DNA of 64,000 nucleotides from an uncultured bacterium (GTDB taxonomy: Bacteria; Babelota; Babeliae; Babelales; RVW-14): NCBI GenBank assembly GCA_963759805.1, contig CAVXAT010000011.1, positions 58,816-122,815 on the forward strand, read 5' to 3'. How positions within the stretch are numbered: position 1 is the first letter of the stretch; each line of letters begins with the position of its first letter. The position numbers and the translations under genes were made by a program. This document shows, piece after piece, positions 11,101 through 20,314 of this stretch. Below the pieces are notes generated by a model that worked only from the letters and a program-made list of their open reading frames with translations, was not told the DNA's origin and did not search any database.

Positions 11101-11904
11101 AGCTAGTAGGACTGAGTTGGTGTTGGAGGTAAATATCCAGGAGTTGTAGTTATAGGCGCTGCAGCTTTGGCAGGCGCAACCACGGGTTGTACCTGCACAC
11201 CCTGTGTTACCGGAAATTGTGCAACCGGTGCTATGTGCTGCTTGTACCTGTGTTGAGATTGGATAACCAACTTGTGGAGCTTGCCAACTTGCTGGCACTA
11301 CTGGCACACTTGGTTGCACCACAGGTGGTTGACCCACAGGCAATACTGCTGAAAAATCTGGGGCCGTAAATGTGGATGGCTGTGATACAGGTGCTGGGAA
11401 AGCTCCTGGTGTTAAACCCGAAGACGCAGGAGTAGGCCCAAAAGTTTGGGGGCCAGCGGCAGCGGCAGCACTAGCAGGAGTAGCAGCAGGAGCCTCTGGC
11501 TCCAACAAGTCTAAAGCTAATTGACTTTGCGCCGATGTATCTTGTGAGGGTGGCAGGTTCTGTAAGCCAGGTTTGTGCAGGAGCAGGTATGGTGCAGGAG
11601 CTAAGCCGGTTGCAGTAACAGAACCAGGCGCAGCTGCAGGAGCCAAACCGGTTGCAGGCGCGGGCACAGCTGCAGAAGCTAAGCCAGACGCAGGTGCAGG
11701 AGCCAATCCGATAACAGGCGCGGGTACGGCAGCCGAGACTTGTAATTGCTCAGACCTTACAACATTCCCAGACGGTTCCAATAATTCTGAAATCAAATCT
11801 TGATCCGAAGAGGCTCGTACTGACATAAACTGAGTTTGCAGACCAAATAACGCAATCCAAACCAGTAATGGTGAGACCAATCTTTCATACCACTTCATTC
11901 CCAT
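8198..11904 (-). CDS. Large secreted/surface repeat protein (~1230 aa when joined): Pro/Ala/Thr linker, two repeat types, C-terminal beta domain; interrupted by several frameshifts
   Basis: Signal peptide and RBS at 11904; ORFs 10873-11904, 9558-10982 and 8198-9583 are collinear, and a repeat unit continues across the 9583 break (337-nt unit = 336+1). Confidence 0.7.
8690..9995 (-). repeat. Four ~112-115 aa coding repeat units (NNFTVTASTYDSQL...FWTALTNLH..RP...WYATL)
   Basis: Conserved DNA blocks recur at about 9647, 9310 and 8965. Confidence 0.9.
10030..10960 (-). repeat. Three ~100 aa coding repeat units (QSGTPALLNANVV...FNQSYLQDYP...NFYNNRT...NKAFLT)
   Basis: Visible in the translation of ORF 9558-10982. 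Confidence 0.85.
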
Positions 11905-11920
11905 TCTCCTTCTTACTACA

Positions 11921-13483
11921 TCATTTATTCAAAAAATGAAGTTTAATCCCAAACTGTTTTCTAGTTAAAAATGCAAATAACATAACTACGCCGCCCAATC
12001 CAAAAACAATAATCCAATAACCAATCCCGATATTAAAGAAGTTAGTCCATGAGGTATCTTTCACTAACCACAATATCAAGAAATACTCGGTTAAAAAAAT
12101 TATACTTGCAAGCACAAGTTGCGCCACATATCGAGCTAAAAAATTAAAATAATTTGCGAAATAAAATGTAAAGTGATGCTTTTTGTGCAAAAAGTAGAAG
12201 CATAAAACTGTAACAATCATGCCTGATGCACTAGCCGCAGCCGCAAAACCATAAGCCCCAAAATAGTAAATTCCCAGAGCATCACCCATTATATTAACAA
12301 GTGCAGAACAAGCCAATGCAATCGTTGTTGAAGTTGTATCTTTCATTGCATAAAAAATAGTTAGTAAAGATTTGTTTAAACAAAAGAAGAAAAGACCTGA
12401 AAGATAAATAATTAAAATCCAAGCGCCTTGAGATGCAAGAACCGGGTCTTTAGTTTTGGCCAGCATAACATTGGAAAAAAGATGATTAGAAACAAACATT
12501 AAAAAAATTGTTGCCGGAATAATCATCCATGAAACAAATTTTGTAACCTCAAGAATATAAAAGTTTAGGCGTTTTGGAGCATAAAGGACCACACGTGAAA
12601 AATGAGCAAACATTACATTTGAAAATGCCACAGCAAAAACGCCTAGCGGAATATTCATAAATCTGCTGCCATAGTAAAGTAATGTAGGCAACCCAACTGA
12701 TAGATATGATGCAAGAATATTACTGACAAAAAGATTTATTTCTACTATTCCTACCCCAAAAAAACATGGCAAAAATTTGGCTAAAACGCTTTTGAACTCT
12801 TTTATAGATTTCGATGAGATATGCCCAAGCATAAAACCATGCTTGAGGTAAAAAAACGTATTCATTGCAAGCCAAGCAAATCCTCCCACAATTATTCCAA
12901 TACAAATAACTGTAGCAGATGGAATAAAGTAAAGAGCCACGATGGCCCCACCCACAAAGCAGATATTCCACAAGACAACTCCAAATGCCGGAATGGCAAA
13001 ACAATTTACGGCATTTAACGCGCCCGCAAGTAATGTGCTGCTGGAAACCAAAAGCAAAAATGGAAAAAGTATTCGCAGAAAGGGAATTGCGTAATTAAGA
13101 CGTTCTTGTGAAAATCCGGGAGCAAGAAGCCACATAACAAATTCCGTCTTAAAAAATACAAAAATGCTAAGTAAAAGAATCACGCCCTCAAAGAACAGAA
13201 ATGACACTGTCATCAAGCCGCTTGCCTCTTTTTTATCACCCTCTTTTAAAGATTTTACAAACGCCGGAACAAAGGCTGCACTCATGGCTCCTTCTGCGAA
13301 AATGTGTCTTAAAAAATTGGGGAATTTTAAAGCAGCATAAAATGCATCTGACATTGCCCCAACTCCAAAGAATTGGGCAAGTAAAATCTCTCTTGCTATA
13401 CCTAAAAAACGGCTAATAAGAGTCATTGCACCGGTTTGGGCTGTTTTTTTTAAAATATCACGTTTATTTAACGAAAGACTCAT
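11921..13483 (-). CDS. murJ: Lipid II flippase MurJ (MviN)
   Basis: ISRFLGIARE, SDAFYAALKFPNFLRHIFAEGAMSAAFVP, RFMNIPLGVF; start set at 13483 because the upstream extension derives from the repeat. Confidence 0.95.
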   Translation of the reverse strand: MSLSLNKRDILKKTAQTGAMTLISRFLGIAREILLAQFFGVGAMSDAFYAALKFPNFLRHIFAEGAMSAAFVPAFVKSLKEGDKKEASGLMTVSFLFFEGVILLLSIFVFFKTEFVMWLLAPGFSQERLNYAIPFLRILFPFLLLVSSSTLLAGALNAVNCFAIPAFGVVLWNICFVGGAIVALYFIPSATVICIGIIVGGFAWLAMNTFFYLKHGFMLGHISSKSIKEFKSVLAKFLPCFFGVGIVEINLFVSNILASYLSVGLPTLLYYGSRFMNIPLGVFAVAFSNVMFAHFSRVVLYAPKRLNFYILEVTKFVSWMIIPATIFLMFVSNHLFSNVMLAKTKDPVLASQGAWILIIYLSGLFFFCLNKSLLTIFYAMKDTTSTTIALACSALVNIMGDALGIYYFGAYGFAAAASASGMIVTVLCFYFLHKKHHFTFYFANYFNFLARYVAQLVLASIIFLTEYFLILWLVKDTSWTNFFNIGIGYWIIVFGLGGVVMLFAFLTRKQFGIKLHFLNK

Positions 13484-13512
13484 GCAAATCCTACAACTTT
13501 TAAAAATCTCAT

Positions 13513-13677
13513 TAGATCTCTTCTGAAACTCGCATCCTTCGACAGGCTCCCAGCCTTCGCTTTGGGTAGCTTCGGCGGGCACGGCAGGATGAGCGCATCG
13601 GGGAGTCGCGCTCGTGGTGAGCTTGTCGAACCATCACCCATACCAATGGGTGACGCGCTGGGCCTCAGAAAATTTCA
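13513..13677. repeat. Palindromic element family A, intergenic copy, with nested 36-nt hairpin at 13550-13585
   Basis: TAGATCTCTTCTGAAACTCGCATCCTTCGACAGGCTC...GGTGAGCTTGTCGAACCATCACCC...GGGTGACGCGC. Confidence 0.9.
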
Positions 13678-14361
13678 TTTTACAAGTAAACCATCATGTA
13701 ATGTATAAACAACTTCCATTCTATTATAAACATCCGGGTCGTGTGAACAGATGATCACACCCATCCCCCATTCCTCTTTTGCCCGTAACATTAAATCTAC
13801 AACATTTTTTGCATTGTCAGAATCTAAATTTCCGGTTGGCTCATCGGCAAGTAAAAATAAAGGTCTGTTAAAAATTGCTCTGGCAATTGAAACCCTCTGC
13901 TGCTCCCCGCCTGAGAGCTCTCCTGGATAATTATTCTCTTTACCCATTAACCCCATGATTTGCAACAACTCAAATGCCCTAACCCGACATTTTTTACTGC
14001 GTTCGCCCTTGACCAGTCCAACCAACATAATGTTTTCAAGTACAGTTAATTCTTTGATTAAGTAGTGAAACTGAAAAACAAATCCCATTGTGTGACTTAA
14101 AAATTTTTCTTTTTCCGACTGTTTTAATTTATAAATATCTTTTGTATCAAACGTCACCAGCCCACTAGTTGGAGCATCCAATCCGCCTAAGATATGCATT
14201 AGGGTAGATTTTCCACTTCCCGAAACACCCTTAATTGCATAAGAGATCCCCTTGCAAAAGTCCACAGATATGCCTTTCAGGACATGGCTAAGTTTTTCGT
14301 CACTACCAAAATCTTTACAAACATTGGTTGCAATCAAGCGATCGGAAAATTGCCCAAGCAT
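13675..14361 (-). CDS. lolD: ABC transporter ATP-binding protein, LolD/MacB-like
   Basis: GVSGSGKST, GFVFQFHYL, LSGGEQQRVSIARA, LADEPTGNLD. Confidence 0.8.
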   Translation of the reverse strand: MLGQFSDRLIATNVCKDFGSDEKLSHVLKGISVDFCKGISYAIKGVSGSGKSTLMHILGGLDAPTSGLVTFDTKDIYKLKQSEKEKFLSHTMGFVFQFHYLIKELTVLENIMLVGLVKGERSKKCRVRAFELLQIMGLMGKENNYPGELSGGEQQRVSIARAIFNRPLFLLADEPTGNLDSDNAKNVVDLMLRAKEEWGMGVIICSHDPDVYNRMEVVYTLHDGLLVK

Positions 14362-14541
14362 TTTATTCTCCAAAAAGTAATTCCGCGTTTTTTTTAAACA
14401 TCTTAATCATTATTACCCCCTTAAAATACGATATTCTTTTAGATATTACCAATTCTATTGCATTATCAAAAGCAAATTCTTTAAAATTCAATTTAGAATA
14501 CAGGGGCAAATTTAGGACAAATCAAAGGGGGAAGGGGAGTA

Positions 14542-16884
14542 ATGGAACACAAAAAAAAGGACTCTGTCGATGAAAGCATACCACAAGTAATTCCGATAAT
14601 CCCAACAATAGATGTGGTTGTTTTTCCTCATATGGTCGTTCCACTGCTAGTTTTGGATGAGAAGATAATAAATGGGGTCAATTTGGCGCAGGAGGATTCC
14701 AAGAAAGTTCTTTTGCTTGCAGCGCATCAACCGTCGCAAGGCTATACCGGCCCAATCGGAATCCAAGATCTTTATAGCGTTGGAACAGTTGGTAATATCA
14801 TGAGAATCATGGATTTACCCGAAGGAGGAATTAAAGTTTTAGTACAAGGGGTTGCAAAGGTACGAGTAGAAGATATACTCGCAGACAATGATATGCTACA
14901 AGCTCAGATCACAAAATTCAGCTCAAAGCCAATCGCTTTCAATAAAACAAAAGCAGAATCTCAATTAAAAGATATTTTGAAGTCGCTTGAGAAACTTTGC
15001 GCACGAGGTCAATTAATAGGATTGGATTTTCATTCCATAACCTCCCAAATTCAGGATCTTGAACATGCAGCCGACTTCATCCTTTCGCATCTTAATGTCG
15101 ATGTAAATAGGGCTCAAGAACTCCTTGAGATGAGTAACTTAAATGATATGCTAACTGGAATAGAAAATTATTTAAATAATGAGGTGGAGGTCACGGGAGT
15201 CCAAGAAAAAATACAAAGCGATGCACGTGAATCAATCAATAAATCACAACGGGAGTATTATTTACGGGAGCAACTCAAAGCAATTCAAAAGGAGCTGGGA
15301 GACGATCCCGAAAATGAAATTGATAATCTGAAAAAAATAATAAACGAAAAAAATATACCTGAAGACGTAAAAGCCGAAGCTGTAAGACAGATACGCAGGC
15401 TTGAAAAAACGTCGCCTGATTCAATGGAAGCAACTGTCATCCGAAACCATCTTGAATGGCTTCTAGAAATTCCATGGGGCGTATTTACCAAAGACAACTG
15501 TGATATAAACAAGGCCAAAGAAGTCTTGGATTCTAACCACTTTGGACTTGAGGAAACCAAGGAGCGTATTCTTGATTTTCTTTCAATAAAATTTTTAAAA
15601 GACGATTGTCCAACACCAATTTTATGTTTATTTGGGCCTCCGGGCGTAGGTAAAACTTCCTTGGGCTTTTCAATAGCTAAAAGTTTGAGCAGAAAATATG
15701 CGCGAATTTCGCTTGGCGGCGTTTATGATGAGTGCGAAATTCGCGGTCACCGTAGAACTTACGTAGGAGCCTTGCCGGGTAGATTTATTCAGGCAATTCG
15801 CAAGTCAGGCTCATGCAATCCTGTTTTGGTTATCGATGAAATTGACAAAATTGGCACATCCAACAGGGGTGATCCTTCTGCCGCATTGCTTGAGGTTTTG
15901 GATCCGGAGCAAAATAGTACATTTTATGACAATTATCTGGGCGTAAACTTTGACATGTCAAAGGTCATGTTTATCACAACAGCCAACGACCTTTCAACAA
16001 TTCCGGGGCCACTACGCGATCGTATGGAAATAATCCAAATTGCAGGTTATGTGCAAGAGGAAAAAATTGAGATAGCTCATCGTCATTTAATGCCAAAAGC
16101 GCTGAAAGAATCAGGCCTTGACGGAAAGGGCCTTGATCTTGGTAAAAATGTTTTGGGCACAATAGTAAACCATTATACAAGAGAATCAGGAGTGCGAGAT
16201 CTTGAGCGAAATATCAAAAAGCTCTGTTCAAAATACGCTCGTGCACTTGTTGAAGGTAATAAAAAGCTTAAATTCTCAAGCGATAATTTACATGAATATC
16301 TAGGCCCACGAAAGACCCCTGAAGAGACATTTGGACATTCTAACAAGATTGGGGTGACAAACGGCCTTGCGTGGACGCCTTACGGCGGTGAGGTTTTGCA
16401 GATAGAAGCCGTTTTAATGAAAGGAACGGGAAAATTACTTCTTACCGGTCAACTTGGTGATGTGATGAAAGAATCAGCGCAGGCGGCAGTAACATATGCA
16501 AAAGCACATGCCGACAATTTCGACATCAAGCCAGAACGTTTTACGGAGTATGATTTACATATTCATATTCCAGCAGGAGCTATTCCCAAAGATGGCCCTT
16601 CTGCAGGCGTCACACTGCTATCATCAATTCTGTCAGTTCTTACAGACAGAGCTATCAATGGAACATACGCAATGACCGGTGAAATTAATTTACAAGGCAT
16701 AGTACTTCCAATCGGGGGATTAAAGGAGAAAATACTGGCCGCAAAACAAAATGGTCTTAAAAACATAATTATCCCTAAACAAAACGAAAGGGATCTAGTC
16801 GGATTAGATAAGCTATTTAAAGGATTAAAACTTTATTTTGTTGATGACGTAAGAGAGGTGCTAACCCACGTCTTAATTAAGTAA
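14542..16884 (+). CDS. lon: ATP-dependent protease La
   Basis: N-domain VVFPHM, GPPGVGKTS, IRGHRRTYVGALPG, PKDGPSAG (catalytic Ser), GGLKEK. Confidence 0.98.
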   Translation: MEHKKKDSVDESIPQVIPIIPTIDVVVFPHMVVPLLVLDEKIINGVNLAQEDSKKVLLLAAHQPSQGYTGPIGIQDLYSVGTVGNIMRIMDLPEGGIKVLVQGVAKVRVEDILADNDMLQAQITKFSSKPIAFNKTKAESQLKDILKSLEKLCARGQLIGLDFHSITSQIQDLEHAADFILSHLNVDVNRAQELLEMSNLNDMLTGIENYLNNEVEVTGVQEKIQSDARESINKSQREYYLREQLKAIQKELGDDPENEIDNLKKIINEKNIPEDVKAEAVRQIRRLEKTSPDSMEATVIRNHLEWLLEIPWGVFTKDNCDINKAKEVLDSNHFGLEETKERILDFLSIKFLKDDCPTPILCLFGPPGVGKTSLGFSIAKSLSRKYARISLGGVYDECEIRGHRRTYVGALPGRFIQAIRKSGSCNPVLVIDEIDKIGTSNRGDPSAALLEVLDPEQNSTFYDNYLGVNFDMSKVMFITTANDLSTIPGPLRDRMEIIQIAGYVQEEKIEIAHRHLMPKALKESGLDGKGLDLGKNVLGTIVNHYTRESGVRDLERNIKKLCSKYARALVEGNKKLKFSSDNLHEYLGPRKTPEETFGHSNKIGVTNGLAWTPYGGEVLQIEAVLMKGTGKLLLTGQLGDVMKESAQAAVTYAKAHADNFDIKPERFTEYDLHIHIPAGAIPKDGPSAGVTLLSSILSVLTDRAINGTYAMTGEINLQGIVLPIGGLKEKILAAKQNGLKNIIIPKQNERDLVGLDKLFKGLKLYFVDDVREVLTHVLIK

Positions 16885-16922
16885 AATATTAAATTGCGAT
16901 AAATAACTATATCTCCAGCCAC

Positions 16923-16969
16923 ATCATCCCCAACTAAATTACAAGTTTAGCTTGGGGATGATTATTTTT
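16923..16969 (+). terminator. Rho-independent terminator after lon
   Basis: ATCATCCCCAA...TTGGGGATGAT stem followed by TATTTTT. Confidence 0.6.
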
Positions 16970-17012
16970 GATCAGAACATAAATAACAACAACTCGCCAA
17001 CCCGAATTGTGT

Positions 17013-17044
17013 AGCCCCGGCAGAAAAAAGCGCTGGGGCTTTTT
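17013..17044 (+). terminator. Terminator-like hairpin
   Basis: AGCCCCGGC...GCTGGGGCT followed by a T-tract. Confidence 0.55.
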
Positions 17045-17071
17045 AATGTTCAATTGAGAGAATGATATATT

Positions 17072-17608
17072 TTAATCCTCGTTCTTACCCGCGCCAATCC
17101 CCTTTAAATCCTGTAAATTCACCTCAATCACGCGCAAGTAATACTTTAAAGCCTTTAGTTGTTTCGATGGAATACTATCCCTAGAACAGGATTTTATCTC
17201 AGCAATGTGTTTTTTCAGCTTAGATTTTTCATTATGCATGGCCCTAACAAGAGCTTGAAGTGTCTCCGGATTTATATCACAAGCCTCTTTTGGTCTTGAA
17301 TATCGTAAATATTCAAGATATTTAACCTTCTCGCAAGCCTCAATCAGATTAAGCATATTTTTGAAATCATAGGTAAGCAAGCTAGCCATATCGTCATTTC
17401 TATCAGCCGTTGGTCCATCAGCTTTTGGTTCATCAGTTTTTGGAATATTAATATCTTTAAAATCAAGCCTAAATTGATTGTGAGCCCCATCAGACTCAGG
17501 ATTGGACGTATTTGGTAAATATTTATTGCAAGCCACCTGTACCCCTTTGAGCACAAGAATGGCCACCGTAAAATAAAAACAAATTTTAATAATTCTGCCA
17601 GCATTCAT
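17072..17608 (-). CDS. Hypothetical membrane-anchored or secreted protein
   Basis: 178-aa ORF with an N-terminal hydrophobic segment; three 15-nt repeats (PKTDE PKADG PTADR). Confidence 0.6.
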   Translation of the reverse strand: MNAGRIIKICFYFTVAILVLKGVQVACNKYLPNTSNPESDGAHNQFRLDFKDINIPKTDEPKADGPTADRNDDMASLLTYDFKNMLNLIEACEKVKYLEYLRYSRPKEACDINPETLQALVRAMHNEKSKLKKHIAEIKSCSRDSIPSKQLKALKYYLRVIEVNLQDLKGIGAGKNED

Positions 17609-17743
17609 GTTTTACTCTTCATGTGTTTGTTTTTGTGTTTGTTTTTTTGGCTTTCACCCTATCATTTATAATTGTAAATAAACCGGAAGCAAAAAACAAT
17701 AGATTCAATAAATACGTTTAAGCTTAAAAATCCAAATAAACAA

Positions 17744-18292
17744 GTGAATCGCACCGGCTTAAAAGCGCGGTGCTTCTACCTTATTGATTTTTTATGTACT
17801 CTCTAACTTTATTCACATTTACCTCACCAACCGTCTCAGCAAAATATCCATCTGACCAGAAGCTGTCACCCCATAAGAACTCTTCAAGCTCCGGAAACTC
17901 TTCCCTAATTACTTTGCTGCTTCCACCCTTTAACAACTGAACTGCATAGCTTACACTTATATTTTGTTTTAACTGAATTAGCATATGCACGTGATCTTCT
18001 TGAATGCTTAGCTCTTTAACTTCCCATTTATTAACGTCTGCGCACTGTAAAAACAACTCCTTCAGTCGCTCCGCGACCTTTCCCTTCAATACTCTTTTTC
18101 TATACTTGGGAATCCATACTATATGATACATTAGCCTGTGTTTCGTATGCGCACCTGTCCAATACTTTTCCATGTATCATAGTATGCCATTTCCAGTGGC
18201 TCTTCGCAAAATTTAGTAAACTAATTTTGCTTCGCGCCAGCGGTGAGCTTTCATCCCCAGGCTTGAAAGACCTGGGGGTTTCAGCTCTTTTA
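17744..18292 (-). mobile_element. Minimal IS200/IS605-family element (tnpA only)
   Basis: Left-end hairpin CCCCAGG-CTTGAAAGA-CCTGGGG at ~18254-18278; right-end hairpin GCACCG...CGGTGC ending TTCAC on the minus strand at 17744; left boundary approximate. Confidence 0.8.
17781..18173 (-). CDS. tnpA: IS200-family HUH (Y1) transposase
   Basis: YHIVWIPKYRK, DHVHML (HUH), LKGGSS, FWSDGYF, catalytic Tyr in VREYIKNQ. Confidence 0.96.
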   Translation of the reverse strand: MEKYWTGAHTKHRLMYHIVWIPKYRKRVLKGKVAERLKELFLQCADVNKWEVKELSIQEDHVHMLIQLKQNISVSYAVQLLKGGSSKVIREEFPELEEFLWGDSFWSDGYFAETVGEVNVNKVREYIKNQ

Positions 18293-18440
18293 CTAAATTA
18301 AATATAAAAACTATTATGCAAACCTAAGTGGGGGGCATTTGGACTTTGTAAATAATTTTGGTATAACGATATAACAATGAAAAGCTATTTTGACAGATAA
18401 TAAGAATTTTCCCTAGAATAAATTGCGATAAACTTAAAAA

Positions 18441-20123
18441 ATGACATTTTTAGTGCTTTTATTTGGCTGTATTTTCACGATTTTATCAATTTTGATCCTT
18501 TCATACATCTCAATTGCAACGATATTAGGCCCTTGGATTGCCCCAACTATCGTACTTTTCAGTATGGGTATATCTAAAACATTGTCAGGAATAAGGCAAA
18601 AATCGTTTTCTTTGCAGGATATCATAAAAATACAGGCAATAGCTGCCGGCGGCGGAATCATTGCAACAGCAATAGGTTTTTCGCTCCCTATCATCTTTTT
18701 CTTAGAAAATGAGACATTTGTGCATTGGATGAGTCATCCCTTTTATTTCTGCTGCATGATAGGGACCATATGCCTTGCCGGAGGAGCACTTGGACTGTGT
18801 ACGGCACGCATATTTTCAAAAACAGTTATAAAAAAAAAATCGCTCTCATTCCCCGTAAGCCAACTAACATTTCAAATCGCATCCACCACTAAAAATAAGA
18901 AATCCGACGCTAAAGCTCTATTCTATGGCATTGCAGGCACATTAGGAATTCTTGTTTTGCGCGATGGAATTGGAAAATGGAAGGGCTTAATTCCTAAATA
19001 TTTCCCGGTACTTCAATCTGTATTTGCAAACGAATTTTCATTTTCCATCCGCCCAATGCTCTGGGCAATAGGATACTCAACTGGGCTACAGACCCTCATC
19101 CCGCTACTGATAGGGCTAGTATCAAAATATCTGATTCTTTACCCTCTAAATTATCACTCCAGATATCTACCCTTTAGCCTGTTTGAACCATATACACCAA
19201 TCCAGTTCGCATTTGCCTTCTGCTGCGGAATTTTGCTTTATGAAATTTTTCATATCATCCCCCGTTATGACGAAATTATCTCACAAATTAAACTATTTTA
19301 TCTTTGGGCTAAAAGTAGGCCATCGAGCTTATTAAAAAATATATTAACGCATAAAATCAAGACCAAACCTGACCTTCCATTTATTTCAAAAATTATCATG
19401 TACGTAGAACCTATAATTACTGTAGTCCTGGCATCTATACTGCTTGGATACTTCCAATTCCCAATTTTGGCACAAATATCATTAATCATATTCTGTGTAA
19501 TAGGCACATACCAAATTTGCCTGATAAGTGGAAAAATTGGACTTGTACAATTTGGACGCTTCTCAACCCTTGTAACTTTACCAATGTATATTTTATTTAA
19601 TCTAAACTTCGTACAGGTAACGATTGTGTGCATATTTTTCAACGTATGCGCAGCTGTTGCCTCAGATGTACTCTTCGATTACAAAACAGGATCATTGTGC
19701 AGTATTACACAGACCAAAATGCATAGATATCAGTGGCTAGGCCTATTTGTAACGGCATTAAGCGCCGGAGTGATTTTTTGGCTTCTTTTTACTTATCTAA
19801 AAATAGGATCCCCGGATCTTTTTGCGCAGAGGGCTCAGGCAAAGGCTGCAATAATTCAAACATTTAAGTTTGATAAGTACATCGTTGCAGTAGGCTTTAT
19901 ATTCGCATTTATACTTAAAAAATTTAACGTAAGTCCTGCAATGACATTTGGTGGAATTTTAATGCCTAATGACATGACATTTGCTCTGATTATAGGCGGA
20001 CTAGTCTCTCATCTTACAAAGCACGAAAATAACAACTCCCTGAAAGACTTCTTTTGTGCCGGGGTATTCTCAAGCGAATCAATCTGGGTCTTTATAAAAA
20101 TTATATTTAAGATATTTGTTTAA
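18441..20123 (+). CDS. Multi-pass membrane protein, probably OPT/YSL oligopeptide transporter family
   Basis: Many TM segments; L.FP motif (SLSFPVSQ), AASD..FDYKTG and APQA-like AQRAQAKA pattern. Confidence 0.6.
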   Translation: MTFLVLLFGCIFTILSILILSYISIATILGPWIAPTIVLFSMGISKTLSGIRQKSFSLQDIIKIQAIAAGGGIIATAIGFSLPIIFFLENETFVHWMSHPFYFCCMIGTICLAGGALGLCTARIFSKTVIKKKSLSFPVSQLTFQIASTTKNKKSDAKALFYGIAGTLGILVLRDGIGKWKGLIPKYFPVLQSVFANEFSFSIRPMLWAIGYSTGLQTLIPLLIGLVSKYLILYPLNYHSRYLPFSLFEPYTPIQFAFAFCCGILLYEIFHIIPRYDEIISQIKLFYLWAKSRPSSLLKNILTHKIKTKPDLPFISKIIMYVEPIITVVLASILLGYFQFPILAQISLIIFCVIGTYQICLISGKIGLVQFGRFSTLVTLPMYILFNLNFVQVTIVCIFFNVCAAVASDVLFDYKTGSLCSITQTKMHRYQWLGLFVTALSAGVIFWLLFTYLKIGSPDLFAQRAQAKAAIIQTFKFDKYIVAVGFIFAFILKKFNVSPAMTFGGILMPNDMTFALIIGGLVSHLTKHENNNSLKDFFCAGVFSSESIWVFIKIIFKIFV

Positions 20124-20314
20124 AAAACCCAAAAACCCCGTTTTTATATAAAATCGCAGGTAGAAAACTTATTAAAAGTTTAAAAATACCCTATTTTTGC
20201 ACTTTGAATAGATAATTTGACTATCTGCATGAATATTGTAATCTGAAAGTCAATATCGTGAAGAATAGAAAGACTGTGTATTGTATATTATTTACTTAGG
20301 ACGGGGGTTATATC

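Noticed and set aside
13484..13582. 33-aa N-terminal extension of MurJ in the ORF track
   Set aside because: It is mostly translated from the family-A repeat (EPVEGCEFQKRS) and starts at a GTG inside the element; MurJ homology begins at ATG 13483
18174..18440. tnpB/IscB gene or omega-RNA associated with tnpA
   Set aside because: No ORF or RuvC motifs between tnpA and either end hairpin
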